In this document: piece after piece, positions 1 through 9,595 of the stretch | How positions within the stretch are numbered: position 1 is the first letter of the stretch | Layout: each line of letters begins with the position of its first letter | NCBI GenBank assembly: GCA_963662285.2 | Contig: CAXXMV010000006.1 | Location: 800,001-864,000 of the forward strand | Reading direction: 5' to 3' | Length of the DNA: 64,000 bases | From: a bacterium | Lineage (GTDB): Bacteria; Hinthialibacterota; Hinthialibacteria; Hinthialibacterales; Hinthialibacteraceae | Translations under genes and position numbers: made by a program | Notes under the pieces: model-generated | The model's database searches: none | The model's input: only the letters and a program-made list of their open reading frames with translations | Told to the model about the DNA's origin: nothing

Positions 1-2209
1 GAAACTAACATTTAATGGTCTCGCTACAGGTGACGAAACAACTTATTTATATCTATCTGATTCGGTTGCTTATGAGAATGATGAAGAATCATACCGCAAA
101 CTTTTACAACCCACCGTTAAAGGGCGAACCTTCGATGCTGATACAACCAATTATATTGAAGAAGTTAATATCAATCTTCTGCGGCCCGCTGACTCTTGGG
201 ATCCTCCATCTAATTTCTTTATGCCAACCCGATCAGCAGATTTCGGGTGGTACACCCTGAAACCAACCCAAATTGGTCAACATAAAATGGTTGCTACCAA
301 ACAAGGTTATGCGCCGCATTATTTTACGTTGGATATTCCATCTCCCATAATTGACAAAGACAATTCTCTGGTTTTCCCGGGCTTGGACGAGCAGGCCCAA
401 CTCTTTCTAAAAAAAGCAGATACGTCTATTCGCGCCAGGTTAACTTTCAACGGAAAAGCATATAACAGCGATACTGTTCGCTTCGGCTTTTTCCGGGATG
501 GGAATTATTATGATATACCTTACCAGAAACTTGAGAATGAAGACGGACTTTACATTATAACTGGCGTAACTCCGGGCGACGCCAGAATCTCTAGCAGAGA
601 CTATACCGATATCGGCAGCATACGGCGCTCGCCCAAAGAGGTTAGCATTAAACCGGGTCATCAGAATGAAATGTCCTTTGATTTAACTTTACGCGTCGGT
701 TACGAAATTAATTTCATTCCCAAAAGATTTGCAGATTTCGAAGAGTTTGAAATCGAAGCGCCAGGCATCCCTGAATCGGATACAGGGTCGCTCTGTTTCA
801 GAAGATGGAGTAAAGACCGTTTTTCTATGGAACTGCCCAAAGAGCATTATAAAATCCGATTGAAGGCGCCTGGATATAAGGTGATCGAATTTGATCCGCT
901 CGATGAAACCCAAGAAATAAAACTCAATAATCAACTTCTTATGGGTCAATTCTCGCTTGTTCTCGAAAAAGAGACGGCCAATGAATCATCCTCAATCAAT
1001 GGCCATATCGTAGGCAAGTTATATGATGGCGACTTTATGAATCGTGGCTCGCATTTTGAAAGAGCGTTGCCAATTACCGGATTGAAACAGACTTATCATA
1101 TCCGTTCCCGCTTTAAGGAAATCCGGTACGTTTCAGTCTTAAACCGCTATGAAGATAATAATCAGTCGCAAAACAGTGTTAGCGATCGTTGGCAATCTCT
1201 TACCAAAGATGACTGGGTATATGAACCAGAAACGCATCGCATAACTATAAAAAAACCGATTGAAACCGATGTGAAAATATATATTCAAGGTAAAATTGAA
1301 AAACCCTGGGTCTGGAAAACCATAGCCCCCATCATACCCGGTTCGCTGCAAATGCTTACTACCGCCCCCATATCGCTTGAAGAAGCCCGGAAGATGTTTA
1401 ATAAGGTTGAAATTGATCAGAGTAAGAATAACTGGATGAAAGGTTTGAATAAGGAATCAATTCCATCCAAAACCGAAATCGATTCTCCAACCAAATGGCT
1501 GGTAGTCACCGATCGGCTAGGCATTCAAGGCAGGGATTATGAGTTCGACGAGGAGGAAGGCCTCATCAAATTTATTGATGAATCCAACTGCTATGAAGGA
1601 TTCCGTTATCACATATCCTATAAATACTTGAAAGATCCTAAAAAGCCGGAAGAAATAACCGAGGATAGTTTTGGATACTATCCCAATCTGAATCAAGCCA
1701 AAGCCAAAATCTTTGGCATAACCCAGACAAATGTAAGGCAGCCAAAAGAGATAATTTACCCCAAAGTTATCCAGATCAATGCCGAACCAACCCACGATCC
1801 CAATGTGTATGCTCTTTCCTATGTTATCAAGAAAGAAGAAATGCGGGTTTGTGTATTTACCAGGAACTATTACGAAGAAAAGAAAGTATTGAATTACGGC
1901 ATAGACTATAAATATGATGCCGATAAATCGCTTATCATCCTTCTAAAGGATGACTTAATAGACCGCAACAAAGAACAACTGGTAATTAACGCTGAACCGA
2001 CTTACAACGCCTTCGTCTTCCACCGGCTTCAGTCGGGAGACCCTCTATCTATTAAGGTTGAAGGCCAAACCTTAACCCTTGGTGAAGACTATCAAGTGGA
2101 TTATTCCACTGGAAGAATAACCATTAAACCAAGTGATTTAATCAAACCAGGGGTGCGCTTCCGCATCGACGCTGGTTCGACGACCTTAATGTCGCAAAAG
2201 ATATATTGA
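1..2209 (+). CDS. Large extracytoplasmic protein, 5'-truncated by the window edge; carboxypeptidase-regulatory-like beta domains followed by repeated G-x-D-Y-x-x-D-x-x-x-G-x-I modules
   Basis: The frame of ORF 221..2209 is open back to position 2. Repeats seen: GRDYEFDEEEGLIKF, GIDYKYDADKSLIIL, GEDYQVDYSTGRITI. Confidence 0.6.
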   Translation, partial: KLTFNGLATGDETTYLYLSDSVAYENDEESYRKLLQPTVKGRTFDADTTNYIEEVNINLLRPADSWDPPSNFFMPTRSADFGWYTLKPTQIGQHKMVATKQGYAPHYFTLDIPSPIIDKDNSLVFPGLDEQAQLFLKKADTSIRARLTFNGKAYNSDTVRFGFFRDGNYYDIPYQKLENEDGLYIITGVTPGDARISSRDYTDIGSIRRSPKEVSIKPGHQNEMSFDLTLRVGYEINFIPKRFADFEEFEIEAPGIPESDTGSLCFRRWSKDRFSMELPKEHYKIRLKAPGYKVIEFDPLDETQEIKLNNQLLMGQFSLVLEKETANESSSINGHIVGKLYDGDFMNRGSHFERALPITGLKQTYHIRSRFKEIRYVSVLNRYEDNNQSQNSVSDRWQSLTKDDWVYEPETHRITIKKPIETDVKIYIQGKIEKPWVWKTIAPIIPGSLQMLTTAPISLEEARKMFNKVEIDQSKNNWMKGLNKESIPSKTEIDSPTKWLVVTDRLGIQGRDYEFDEEEGLIKFIDESNCYEGFRYHISYKYLKDPKKPEEITEDSFGYYPNLNQAKAKIFGITQTNVRQPKEIIYPKVIQINAEPTHDPNVYALSYVIKKEEMRVCVFTRNYYEEKKVLNYGIDYKYDADKSLIILLKDDLIDRNKEQLVINAEPTYNAFVFHRLQSGDPLSIKVEGQTLTLGEDYQVDYSTGRITIKPSDLIKPGVRFRIDAGSTTLMSQKIY

Positions 2210-2241
2210 GTTATCTGTTTTTAGTGAGCAGGTGGTTCTTT

Positions 2242-2271
2242 GGTGAGTCGATAAGGCCGACGCCATCCTAC
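2242..2271 (-). repeat. Degenerate GTAG-type REP half-element
   Basis: ggtgagtcgataaggccgacgccatcctac resembles the REP arms at 30057-30144 and 51202-51275, and is followed by the same gcgaag as the 30144 copy. Confidence 0.5.
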
Positions 2272-2292
2272 GCGAAGGTGGATGCAACACCT

Positions 2293-3813
2293 CTAACCCA
2301 ACCACTTTATCAAAAAAGAGATAATCTTCTTTTTGGCCGGGGTTAAGCGGGTGCGGTTATAGGCGTCGGCGGTTTTGCGGATGGCTTCCGCCTGAGTGGG
2401 GTAGGGGTGAATCACCCCGCTCAGTTTGCCCAGACCGATTTTATGGGTCATGGCTATGGTTATTTCGTTGATCATATCTCCTGCGTGACGGGCTACGATA
2501 GCAGCGCCCACGATTTTATCCGTCGCCTTTTTAACATGGATTTTAACGAAGCCGTCTTCCTCTCCATCAAGAACCGCACGGTCCACCTCACTGAAATCAC
2601 ACTGGTATGTATCTATCTCAATCTGCTGTTCTTGCGCTTGCATGGCAGTCATGCCGACATGCGCAATTTCGGGATCAGTGTAAGTACACCAGGGGATGAT
2701 CAGCCCATCGGCTCGGCTCTTGCCGGGGAAAAGGGCGTTACGCGCCACAATCCGCGCCACGGCATCAGCGGCATGGGTGAATTTGTACGCCATGCAAACG
2801 TCTCCCACTGCATATATTCGGGAGTTGTTGGTCTGCATATATTGATTGACATGCACTCCCTGACGCTGGTCAAAATCAACTCCAGCAGTTTCCAGCCCCA
2901 GTCCTTCAACATTAGGCGAACGTCCGGTTGATACCAGTATCGCATCTGCGCTGATCGTTTCTACACCGGATTTTGTATTGATTTCAACTTGTTTCTGGTC
3001 TCCATCAGTGGTGACTCTGGTAACAGTGGAATCTACCCGGATATCTATGTTCTCCTGTATGAATTGACGCTGTACCAGTTCCGCGGCTTCCTCATCATCA
3101 CGCGGCAGGATGCGCGAAACGTTTTGAACTATGGTTACCTGTGAACCAAGCCGTCTAAAAGCCTGAGCCATCTCACAGCCGATGGGGCCGCCGCCTAGAA
3201 CCAGCAGATGACCGGGGCGTTCAGTTAGTTGAAAGATAGTCTCGTTGGTAAGATACCCCGCTTGCTCCAGCCCTGGAATATCGGGAATATGCGCTCTGGC
3301 GCCGGTTGCGATAACTGCTTTCTTGAAGCGCAGGATTGAGCCATCAACCTCAATAGCGTCCGGCGCAGTAAATCGGGCTTCGCCCAGAAATACATCCACC
3401 CCTAGTCCAGTAAACCGCGCAGCAGAATCATTTTGGCTGATACCAGAACGCAGTCTGCGCATACGCTCCATAACAGCGGGGAAATCCACCTCAATATCTG
3501 GCGGAGCGCTCAAGCCATAATGTTCTGCTTGTTGGATATCAGCCCAAACCCGCGATGATCGAATGATGGCTTTGGATGGCGCGCATCCCCAATTCAGGCA
3601 GTCGCCGCCCAGCAGATGACGTTCAACCAAGGCCACACGCGCGCCCAGAGCGGCGCCGATTGAAGCCGTAACCAGTCCACCTACTCCGGCGCCGATGACC
3701 ACCATGTTATAGATATCAGCTGGTTTTGGATTTACCCAATCCGATGGATGAACATGATCCAACAGTTCTTGGTTATATTTATCATGGGGTTGGATGTCGG
3801 GAGTAGTATGCAT
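2293..3813 (-). CDS. FAD-dependent pyridine nucleotide-disulfide oxidoreductase (mercuric reductase/dihydrolipoamide dehydrogenase-like)
   Basis: GAGxGG FAD motif, redox CLNWGC, GGGPIG NAD motif and HPYPT near the C-terminus. No C-terminal Cys-Cys pair. Confidence 0.85.
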   Translation of the reverse strand: MHTTPDIQPHDKYNQELLDHVHPSDWVNPKPADIYNMVVIGAGVGGLVTASIGAALGARVALVERHLLGGDCLNWGCAPSKAIIRSSRVWADIQQAEHYGLSAPPDIEVDFPAVMERMRRLRSGISQNDSAARFTGLGVDVFLGEARFTAPDAIEVDGSILRFKKAVIATGARAHIPDIPGLEQAGYLTNETIFQLTERPGHLLVLGGGPIGCEMAQAFRRLGSQVTIVQNVSRILPRDDEEAAELVQRQFIQENIDIRVDSTVTRVTTDGDQKQVEINTKSGVETISADAILVSTGRSPNVEGLGLETAGVDFDQRQGVHVNQYMQTNNSRIYAVGDVCMAYKFTHAADAVARIVARNALFPGKSRADGLIIPWCTYTDPEIAHVGMTAMQAQEQQIEIDTYQCDFSEVDRAVLDGEEDGFVKIHVKKATDKIVGAAIVARHAGDMINEITIAMTHKIGLGKLSGVIHPYPTQAEAIRKTADAYNRTRLTPAKKKIISFLIKWLG

Positions 3814-3841
3814 GGTTTAATTCCATATATAAGTTATTGTC

Positions 3842-3882
3842 GGGTGGCAAGGGCAAGACCGCATTGCGGTCAGCCCCTGATT
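3842..3882 (+). repeat. REP-like palindrome, family GGGTGGCAAGGGCA
   Basis: gggtggcaagggcaagaccgcattgcggtcagcccctgatt; a near-identical reverse-complement copy lies at 11744-11784. Confidence 0.8.
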
Positions 3883-3928
3883 AAACCACCTACGATAGGG
3901 TGAAATTCCTTAACTTAATGACATTGGG

Positions 3929-4633
3929 TTAGGAGGGGGTTGATTCAACCCCGCTCTTCAGTTTGTTTTTAGCGAAACGGACAATCAGAGTTAAGACAAC
4001 CAGAATAACTACAAAAGCGCCGATTAAAGTCCAGGGGATGCGGCCTTGGGTCAGCCCCTGGGCTAAGGCGTCTGAACCGACCACGTAAAGAATGGTTCCC
4101 GGAATCATGCATAACCATGACCACAACACATAAGCGCTGAATGAGACGCTGGTAAGTCCGAAGCCGTAGTTCAACAGGTTGAAAGGGAATAGGGGAACCA
4201 GGCGGGTGATAGCTACAATGATGGCGCCGTTTTCTCGCGTCATGCGATCCAGTTTGCGGAAACTCTCTTTTGATTCCAACCAATCAGCGGCGGCGTCGCG
4301 CGCAAAATAGCGCGCGATGAGAAAGCAGAGCGCGGCGCCGCAGGTCGAGGCGAGGCTGACGACGATTACGCCCAGGATAGAACCGAAAAGCGCCCCGGCG
4401 ATAAGCGTCAAAGCCGAACCGGGTAAAGCGGCCACCGTAGCCGCGACATAGATAGCAGCAAAAACCACCGGACCTAAAACTCCTAAGCCTTCGATATAAT
4501 CCTTAAGACCATTAAATAAGTCAGCCAGCCCGAAATACCTGGCCGCTCCCAGCATGATAATGACGAAAGCGAGCAAGGCGATAGGTTTCCATAATCCCTT
4601 GCGATGCGGGGCTGACTTGTCTTCCAGGTTCAT
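3929..4633 (-). CDS. TVP38/TMEM64 (DedA/SNARE-associated) family membrane protein
   Basis: Motif RLVPLFPFNLLNYGFG and multiple TM segments; this family is commonly paired with the adjacent oxidoreductase. Confidence 0.9.
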   Translation of the reverse strand: MNLEDKSAPHRKGLWKPIALLAFVIIMLGAARYFGLADLFNGLKDYIEGLGVLGPVVFAAIYVAATVAALPGSALTLIAGALFGSILGVIVVSLASTCGAALCFLIARYFARDAAADWLESKESFRKLDRMTRENGAIIVAITRLVPLFPFNLLNYGFGLTSVSFSAYVLWSWLCMIPGTILYVVGSDALAQGLTQGRIPWTLIGAFVVILVVLTLIVRFAKNKLKSGVESTPS

Positions 4634-4842
4634 ATTCGTTCCATTCAGGTTAAGCGTCCGGTCAATGTTTGAAGAAGGTAGTCAATACTCTTCCCAAGTA
4701 GTATAACCAACAGTCCATAAAATCAATGGAGTATTTTTTTTTCAAATAAAGTAAACAAAACAATACTTCACTTCGGTATTGTATTTAGGAAGCGGATATG
4801 AAATCCTATGGCAGCGAAGACGGTTGATAATCGAGGTCTAGA

Positions 4843-5394
4843 GTGACTAAAGGTTTAGTGTGGTATCAGCGTTGGATTGAACCATTGGAGGATCAAATGA
4901 TCCGCTCCATCTACCGCATCATAAAGAATCCCCATGATGCGGAAGACGTTTTGCAGAACGCTCTAACCACCATCTATCACAAGTCGAAACTGGTGGAATC
5001 GCATCTCAATCCCCAAGCCTTGATTTTACGCATCGCCATTGATGCAGCCTATGACTGGCTCAGAAAAACCATAAGACGGCAATCGAAGCATATATCAGTA
5101 ACAGACAGAATGAATTCAATTCATGACAGGGATCCCAATGTCAGTCAGTTGATGCAGCAGGATGAGTTGGAGAGTGAAATTATCACGGCTATAGGAAGGT
5201 TGCCCAGAAAGCAATCGGCGGCGGTTTTGATGAGAATAGTAGATGATTGTTCATACAAAGATATTGCTCAATCAATGAATTGCACAGAATCCACCGTCCG
5301 CATCCATGTCATGCGCGGTAGAGAGACCTTGAGCCGCTGGTTATCTCATCTCAACCCGCAACTGGCGGAAAGCGTTAACCAAAATGAAGAATGA
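4843..5394 (+). CDS. ECF RNA polymerase sigma-70 factor
   Basis: Region 2 DAEDVLQ; region 4 LPRKQ..SYKDIAQSMNCTESTVRIHVMRGR; GAGGT precedes the GTG start. Confidence 0.9.
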   Translation: MTKGLVWYQRWIEPLEDQMIRSIYRIIKNPHDAEDVLQNALTTIYHKSKLVESHLNPQALILRIAIDAAYDWLRKTIRRQSKHISVTDRMNSIHDRDPNVSQLMQQDELESEIITAIGRLPRKQSAAVLMRIVDDCSYKDIAQSMNCTESTVRIHVMRGRETLSRWLSHLNPQLAESVNQNEE

Positions 5395-6253
5395 CAACCA
5401 TAGAGATATAAATATTGATAAATTAGTACGCAGCGCATTTGAAGAACCGACGCCGCAAGAGGTTCAATCTGATTTGCGAAAACAGATGCGTATATTTGCT
5501 GAGGAGTTGGAAGAAGAATCTAATACTGCTAGTAGTTTCTCATGGTTTGGATCATTGGAGTGGTGGAATTCAACTCAGGGAAAGATTGCCTTCGCCGTTT
5601 TATCGGCCTGTATCCTGGTCGCTTTATATACTGTGCAAGTAACCATGCCCGGCTACGCCTTCGCTTCATCTTTGGATACCATTCGAGTTGCTAAAGAGAC
5701 GCGGGATAGCATCAATTCAGTTCAAAGTATGCGTTGCGATTTCGTATATGATTTTTTAGGCAAAGAGAAGAAGCCATCTTTTGTATTATTCTGGAACAAA
5801 CAACGCCATATTTTATTATTAGCCCGTCATCCAGAAAAATTCACCTATAAATCTATCTTTGAAATGCGCGACAAAGATGTAATAAATAACTCAATCGAAG
5901 AGTTCGGCGGATTGTTTGAAAATTCATCCCTTTTTGTTGAACAGGCCTCAACTATTCTGGCGGATTTCTCCGCTCCAGACCGCATCATCGAGCAATTACT
6001 GGGCGCCTGGAAAAATGCGTCTAATCATAATGAATATAATAATGAGTCACTGAAATTCAAATACGTCAATCCCGAAAAATTAGGCATCTATAAGATACAC
6101 ATCAATAAAGACACTTTCCTGCCTGTCGAATTAAATAATTATTACGACCGCGCCCAGGAGCAAGATGTTATGGATATCGCATATTGGCAAATCCACTTTA
6201 AATGGAATACGCCATTAAATCTAGAATTATCAAATATGGAGGTTATACAATGA
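5384..6253 (+). CDS. Putative membrane-anchored anti-sigma factor
   Basis: Overlaps the sigma gene stop; short N-terminal domain, one TM helix (IAFAVLSACILVALY) and an extracytoplasmic domain. Confidence 0.7.
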   Translation: MKNDNHRDINIDKLVRSAFEEPTPQEVQSDLRKQMRIFAEELEEESNTASSFSWFGSLEWWNSTQGKIAFAVLSACILVALYTVQVTMPGYAFASSLDTIRVAKETRDSINSVQSMRCDFVYDFLGKEKKPSFVLFWNKQRHILLLARHPEKFTYKSIFEMRDKDVINNSIEEFGGLFENSSLFVEQASTILADFSAPDRIIEQLLGAWKNASNHNEYNNESLKFKYVNPEKLGIYKIHINKDTFLPVELNNYYDRAQEQDVMDIAYWQIHFKWNTPLNLELSNMEVIQ

Positions 6254-6696
6254 AAACTTTTTTTATTATCGGAGAACTGCTTTTTATCGGATTGATTGCA
6301 GCGGGAATAACTTTAGGTGGTAATATGCTGAATTTTTATGATATACCAAGCATCATTATCATGGTCGGCGGATCATTCAGCATGGCTTTAATGAGCTTCT
6401 CATGGAGTGAAATCAAAACGGCCCATAGCCATGCATTTGGCGGAGAAGGGAATCGTGAGGTATTGGAGAAATCGGCCTATTTTTGGGAATGCATGATTCG
6501 CAATTTGTTTCTGTTAGGCATTCTCGTATCTATTATCGGAATTGTTCAAATGCTGGATAGTTTGGAAAATCCTGACAACATTGGCGCTTGTTTGGCTGTA
6601 GCTTTATTAACAGTTTTTTATGGATTTCTATTCAGCGCCATATTGCCGATACCCGCATACTTCAGATTGAGAAAACGTTTATTAGAGAATGAATAA
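6250..6696 (+). CDS. Short MotA/TolQ/ExbB-like membrane protein lacking the large cytoplasmic domain
   Basis: ATGA overlap with the anti-sigma gene; DIPSIIIMVGGS and GIVQML..LENPDNIGACLAVALLTVFYG match MotA/PomA TM motifs. Confidence 0.75.
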   Translation: MKTFFIIGELLFIGLIAAGITLGGNMLNFYDIPSIIIMVGGSFSMALMSFSWSEIKTAHSHAFGGEGNREVLEKSAYFWECMIRNLFLLGILVSIIGIVQMLDSLENPDNIGACLAVALLTVFYGFLFSAILPIPAYFRLRKRLLENE

Positions 6697-6778
6697 TCAT
6701 AAATCAAAGTTTTGAATACACCTAAACCTTTGTTAATAAAGAGTACTCATACCAATCCGAAAATGTCGCGTAACAATG

Positions 6779-6815
6779 TCCCCTCTCCCCACGGGAGAGG
6801 GCTAGGGTGAGGGGT
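6779..6815 (+). repeat. CCCTCTCCC/GGGAGAGGG-type REP-like palindrome
   Basis: ccctctccccacgggagagggctagggtgagggg; related to the sequence at 49416-49442. Confidence 0.6.
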
Positions 6816-6829
6816 CATTTCAAATCACT

Positions 6830-6878
6830 TGTGTTACCCATTCCCGCATATTTTCGATTGAGGAAACGTTTGCTGAAG
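6830..6878 (+). pseudogene. Orphan duplicate of the 3' end of the upstream mini-MotA gene
   Basis: Encodes LPIPAYFRLRKRLL, identical in protein to the end of 6250..6696 but with many synonymous codon changes. Confidence 0.7.
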
Positions 6879-6988
6879 ACCCAAGGATGGTTCAGCGCTT
6901 CACCGACCCATCAAAGAACCACCCACGATTTTACATCCCCTCTTACCACGGGTGATGAGGGAATTAAAAGAAATCAGGAGAAAAAATA

Positions 6989-7504
6989 ATGAATAAAGCA
7001 AAAATATTCGGTTACAGTCTTTTCATATTCCTAATATCATTCGCAATTTATTTAGGTGGTAATTCTTTGGCCTTTGTTGATGTTTCAACCTTAATCATTG
7101 TCATCGGCGGCAGTTTTGCCATTTCGGTGGCATGCGGCGGAGTCTTCACGCGAACATCGACATTGAAAGAACGTCAATTCAGGTGGCAAACTGTTACTCT
7201 ATCAGTTGTAATAATGACTTTGATCGGCGTCTCAATCGGAATTGTTATGCTGCTTAGTAATTTAACTTCACCTGATAGCGTCGGTCCTGCAATGGCTATA
7301 TCGATTCTAACCTGCTTTACTGGTTTGATAATCCTGATTATGGTGGTTATCCCGAATTTGGATAAATGCACTAAAGAACTGGGTAACTACTGTGAAATAT
7401 CAATCGCCCGTATTGTATTGATTGGATTTCCGGTTATGTGCGTCTTTTTTACTTATTTAACGCTTACTATATTCATTGCTTCTTTAGGTTATTTGAAACA
7501 ATGA
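6989..7504 (+). CDS. Second short MotA-like membrane protein (paralog with an extra C-terminal TM helix)
   Basis: FVDVSTLIIVIGGS and GIVMLLSNLTSPDSVGPAMAISILT; AGGAG ribosome binding site. Confidence 0.7.
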   Translation: MNKAKIFGYSLFIFLISFAIYLGGNSLAFVDVSTLIIVIGGSFAISVACGGVFTRTSTLKERQFRWQTVTLSVVIMTLIGVSIGIVMLLSNLTSPDSVGPAMAISILTCFTGLIILIMVVIPNLDKCTKELGNYCEISIARIVLIGFPVMCVFFTYLTLTIFIASLGYLKQ

Positions 7505-7591
7505 TGTGATGAAACAAAATAGTGATAGTTCTTCGATATTGCCATCTTGCGCAATTCGGCAATATCGAAGATATCCATGTAATCGGTCAGG

Positions 7592-7756
7592 CTATTCAAC
7601 TAACCTTATGATTTTAGTCATAAGTCTTTCCAAACGTGGGCGGGCTATTGACAGAGCATCCAGCGCAGGGATGAAAGATGCCTACTCCTCTTTATCAATG
7701 ACAAAAACCTATTGATCAGTTAGAACTGAAACCGCTTCCCGGCAAGCTGTTTCCAA
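7592..7756 (-). pseudogene. Decayed partial copy of the DUF1778 (TacA-like) antitoxin
   Basis: Translates LETACREAVSVLTDQ*VFVIDKEE*ASFIPALDALSIARPRLERLM, versus LETACREAESVLTDQRVFVLDKEEWGAFLAALDAPPKARPRLEKLM in 11028..11327. Confidence 0.85.
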
Positions 7757-7946
7757 CTGTGAGGAGGTTTAAGAATTATCTTTCTTCATTTATTTCGTCA
7801 GTGGGTTTGTAATTCAAAAAAAATAGAAGTAATATTCGTTAATTATTTTAGTCAACTGTCATCCTAGACAAAAATTGATAAGTCAGAATCAATTCCACAA
7901 AATTATCGAATCCACTCCAGAATATGCTAGGAAATATGCAAAGGAC

Positions 7947-8510
7947 ATGAACGCGATGGATAAAATTGTTCCTCAAAAAATGTTTTTCACTAAAGGGCTA
8001 GGCAATCACCGAAACAAACTTCAAAGTTTCGAGATGGCTCTACGCGATTGCGGAATAGAGACCTGTAATTTGGTAAACGTATCAAGCATTTTCCCGCCTG
8101 AATGTAAGATAATATCCAAAAAGGAAGGTTTGGCATTGCTTTCCCCTGGCCAAATTGCGTTTGTTGTAATGGCGCGTGAATGCACCAATGAGCCAAACAG
8201 AACGATGGCCGCCGCCATAGGCTTGGCTCAACCTCATAACAAGAAGCAATATGGATATATCAGCGAACACCATGGATTTGGAGAAACCTTAAAAAAAGCG
8301 TCTGATTTCGCGGAGGACCTGGCGGCAACCATGTTAGCGTCCACATTGGGCATTGAAATGGATCCTGATAAAGCTTGGAACGAACGCAAACAACTTTACA
8401 TCACCAGCGAGAATAGACAATTCACAAGCCGAAGTATTGCGCAATCGGCCAAAGGACATAAAGATGGTTTATGGACCACCGTTGTTGCTTGCGCTGTTTT
8501 CTTACTTTAA
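7947..8510 (+). CDS. pdaD: Pyruvoyl-dependent arginine decarboxylase
   Basis: SFEMALRDCGI..NLVNVSSIFP (Ser-Ser self-cleavage site) and YGYISEHH. Start at 7947 or 7956. Confidence 0.9.
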   Translation: MNAMDKIVPQKMFFTKGLGNHRNKLQSFEMALRDCGIETCNLVNVSSIFPPECKIISKKEGLALLSPGQIAFVVMARECTNEPNRTMAAAIGLAQPHNKKQYGYISEHHGFGETLKKASDFAEDLAATMLASTLGIEMDPDKAWNERKQLYITSENRQFTSRSIAQSAKGHKDGLWTTVVACAVFLL

Positions 8511-8527
8511 AACTAGAGATTTCTCTT

Positions 8528-9595
8528 ATGAATCACGATTCGCTGTATAAAGATGCTCCTGATATCATTCCAAGTAAATTGCCGAAAGTAACATCAGTCT
8601 CTAACTTGGTAGATTTTATGGGGCATTTATCATTCGAGGCTCGCCGGGTTGAACAAGGCGCCAAGTTATTTAAAAAAATGGTGGATGAAAACGATACCAT
8701 TTGGCTGGGTATTGCAGGCGCTGGAATAGCTGGAGGAATGGGCGGCCTGGTCATTTCTCTGATGGAAAACGGATTTATTGATGTCATTTGTTCGACTGGC
8801 GCCCAGGTTTATCATGATCTGCATTTTGCGTTTGGCCTGCCGGTTAAAGCAATTCATCCTACATGCGACGATGATCTCCTTCGGCGCCATGGTGATACCC
8901 GGATCTATGATATAGGCATCAGAGAAAAAGAAACCCTGGAAGCGCAAGACGAAATCATACGGGATTTCGTCAAACAACGATACCAACAACTAGGCGACCA
9001 ACCCCTGTCAAGTTGGGAATTCAGTTATGAATTGGGGCAATGGGTGAATGATACGGCGCCCTATCCCGAACTCAGTTTTGTAGCGCAGGCAGCATCATTG
9101 GGCATACCCATTTTTTGGGATTCACATAGCAACCATTCTATTGCGATGAACCTGGTTCGAACCGACCAGGAAGGCTTCCCTATTCATCTCCACGCGCAAA
9201 AGGATATTTTTGATTCGGCGGCGGTCACTTTCTGTTCTGAAGGAACGGGATTTTTCGAATTGGGCGGCGGCGGTCCAAAAAATTTCATCCAACAGACCGG
9301 GCCTACGCTTAGCCAGATTCTCTCCGCTGATTACAAAGGAGCGGAAAGAGGATTGCAAATCGGAACCGCGGTTGAACGCGACGGCGGGTTATCGGGCTGC
9401 ACTTTTGGCGAGGCTGTCACATGGGGTAAATATAAATCGGATGATCCGGCTAAATTAATACAAATATGGGCGGAATACAGCCTTGTATTCCCGCTTATTA
9501 CCGCTTATGTTCTTGAACAAACTTCATCCAAAGAACCTAAAAACATTGTCCATCATATTCCCGAATTCATCGAAAAACTCAGAAGCGCTCTATGA
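8528..9595 (+). CDS. Deoxyhypusine synthase-like protein (probable homospermidine synthase)
   Basis: STGAQVYHD, GGGGPKNF and DGGLSGCTFGEAVTWGK with the conserved catalytic Lys. Confidence 0.85.
   Translation: MNHDSLYKDAPDIIPSKLPKVTSVSNLVDFMGHLSFEARRVEQGAKLFKKMVDENDTIWLGIAGAGIAGGMGGLVISLMENGFIDVICSTGAQVYHDLHFAFGLPVKAIHPTCDDDLLRRHGDTRIYDIGIREKETLEAQDEIIRDFVKQRYQQLGDQPLSSWEFSYELGQWVNDTAPYPELSFVAQAASLGIPIFWDSHSNHSIAMNLVRTDQEGFPIHLHAQKDIFDSAAVTFCSEGTGFFELGGGGPKNFIQQTGPTLSQILSADYKGAERGLQIGTAVERDGGLSGCTFGEAVTWGKYKSDDPAKLIQIWAEYSLVFPLITAYVLEQTSSKEPKNIVHHIPEFIEKLRSAL

Noticed and set aside
2293-3813. True mercuric reductase merA
   Set aside because: No C-terminal Cys-Cys pair, no N-terminal metal-binding domain and no mer operon.
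6250-7504. Flagellar stator or Zorya defence system
   Set aside because: No MotB/ZorB partner, the proteins are too short, and there are no flagellar or zorCDE genes.
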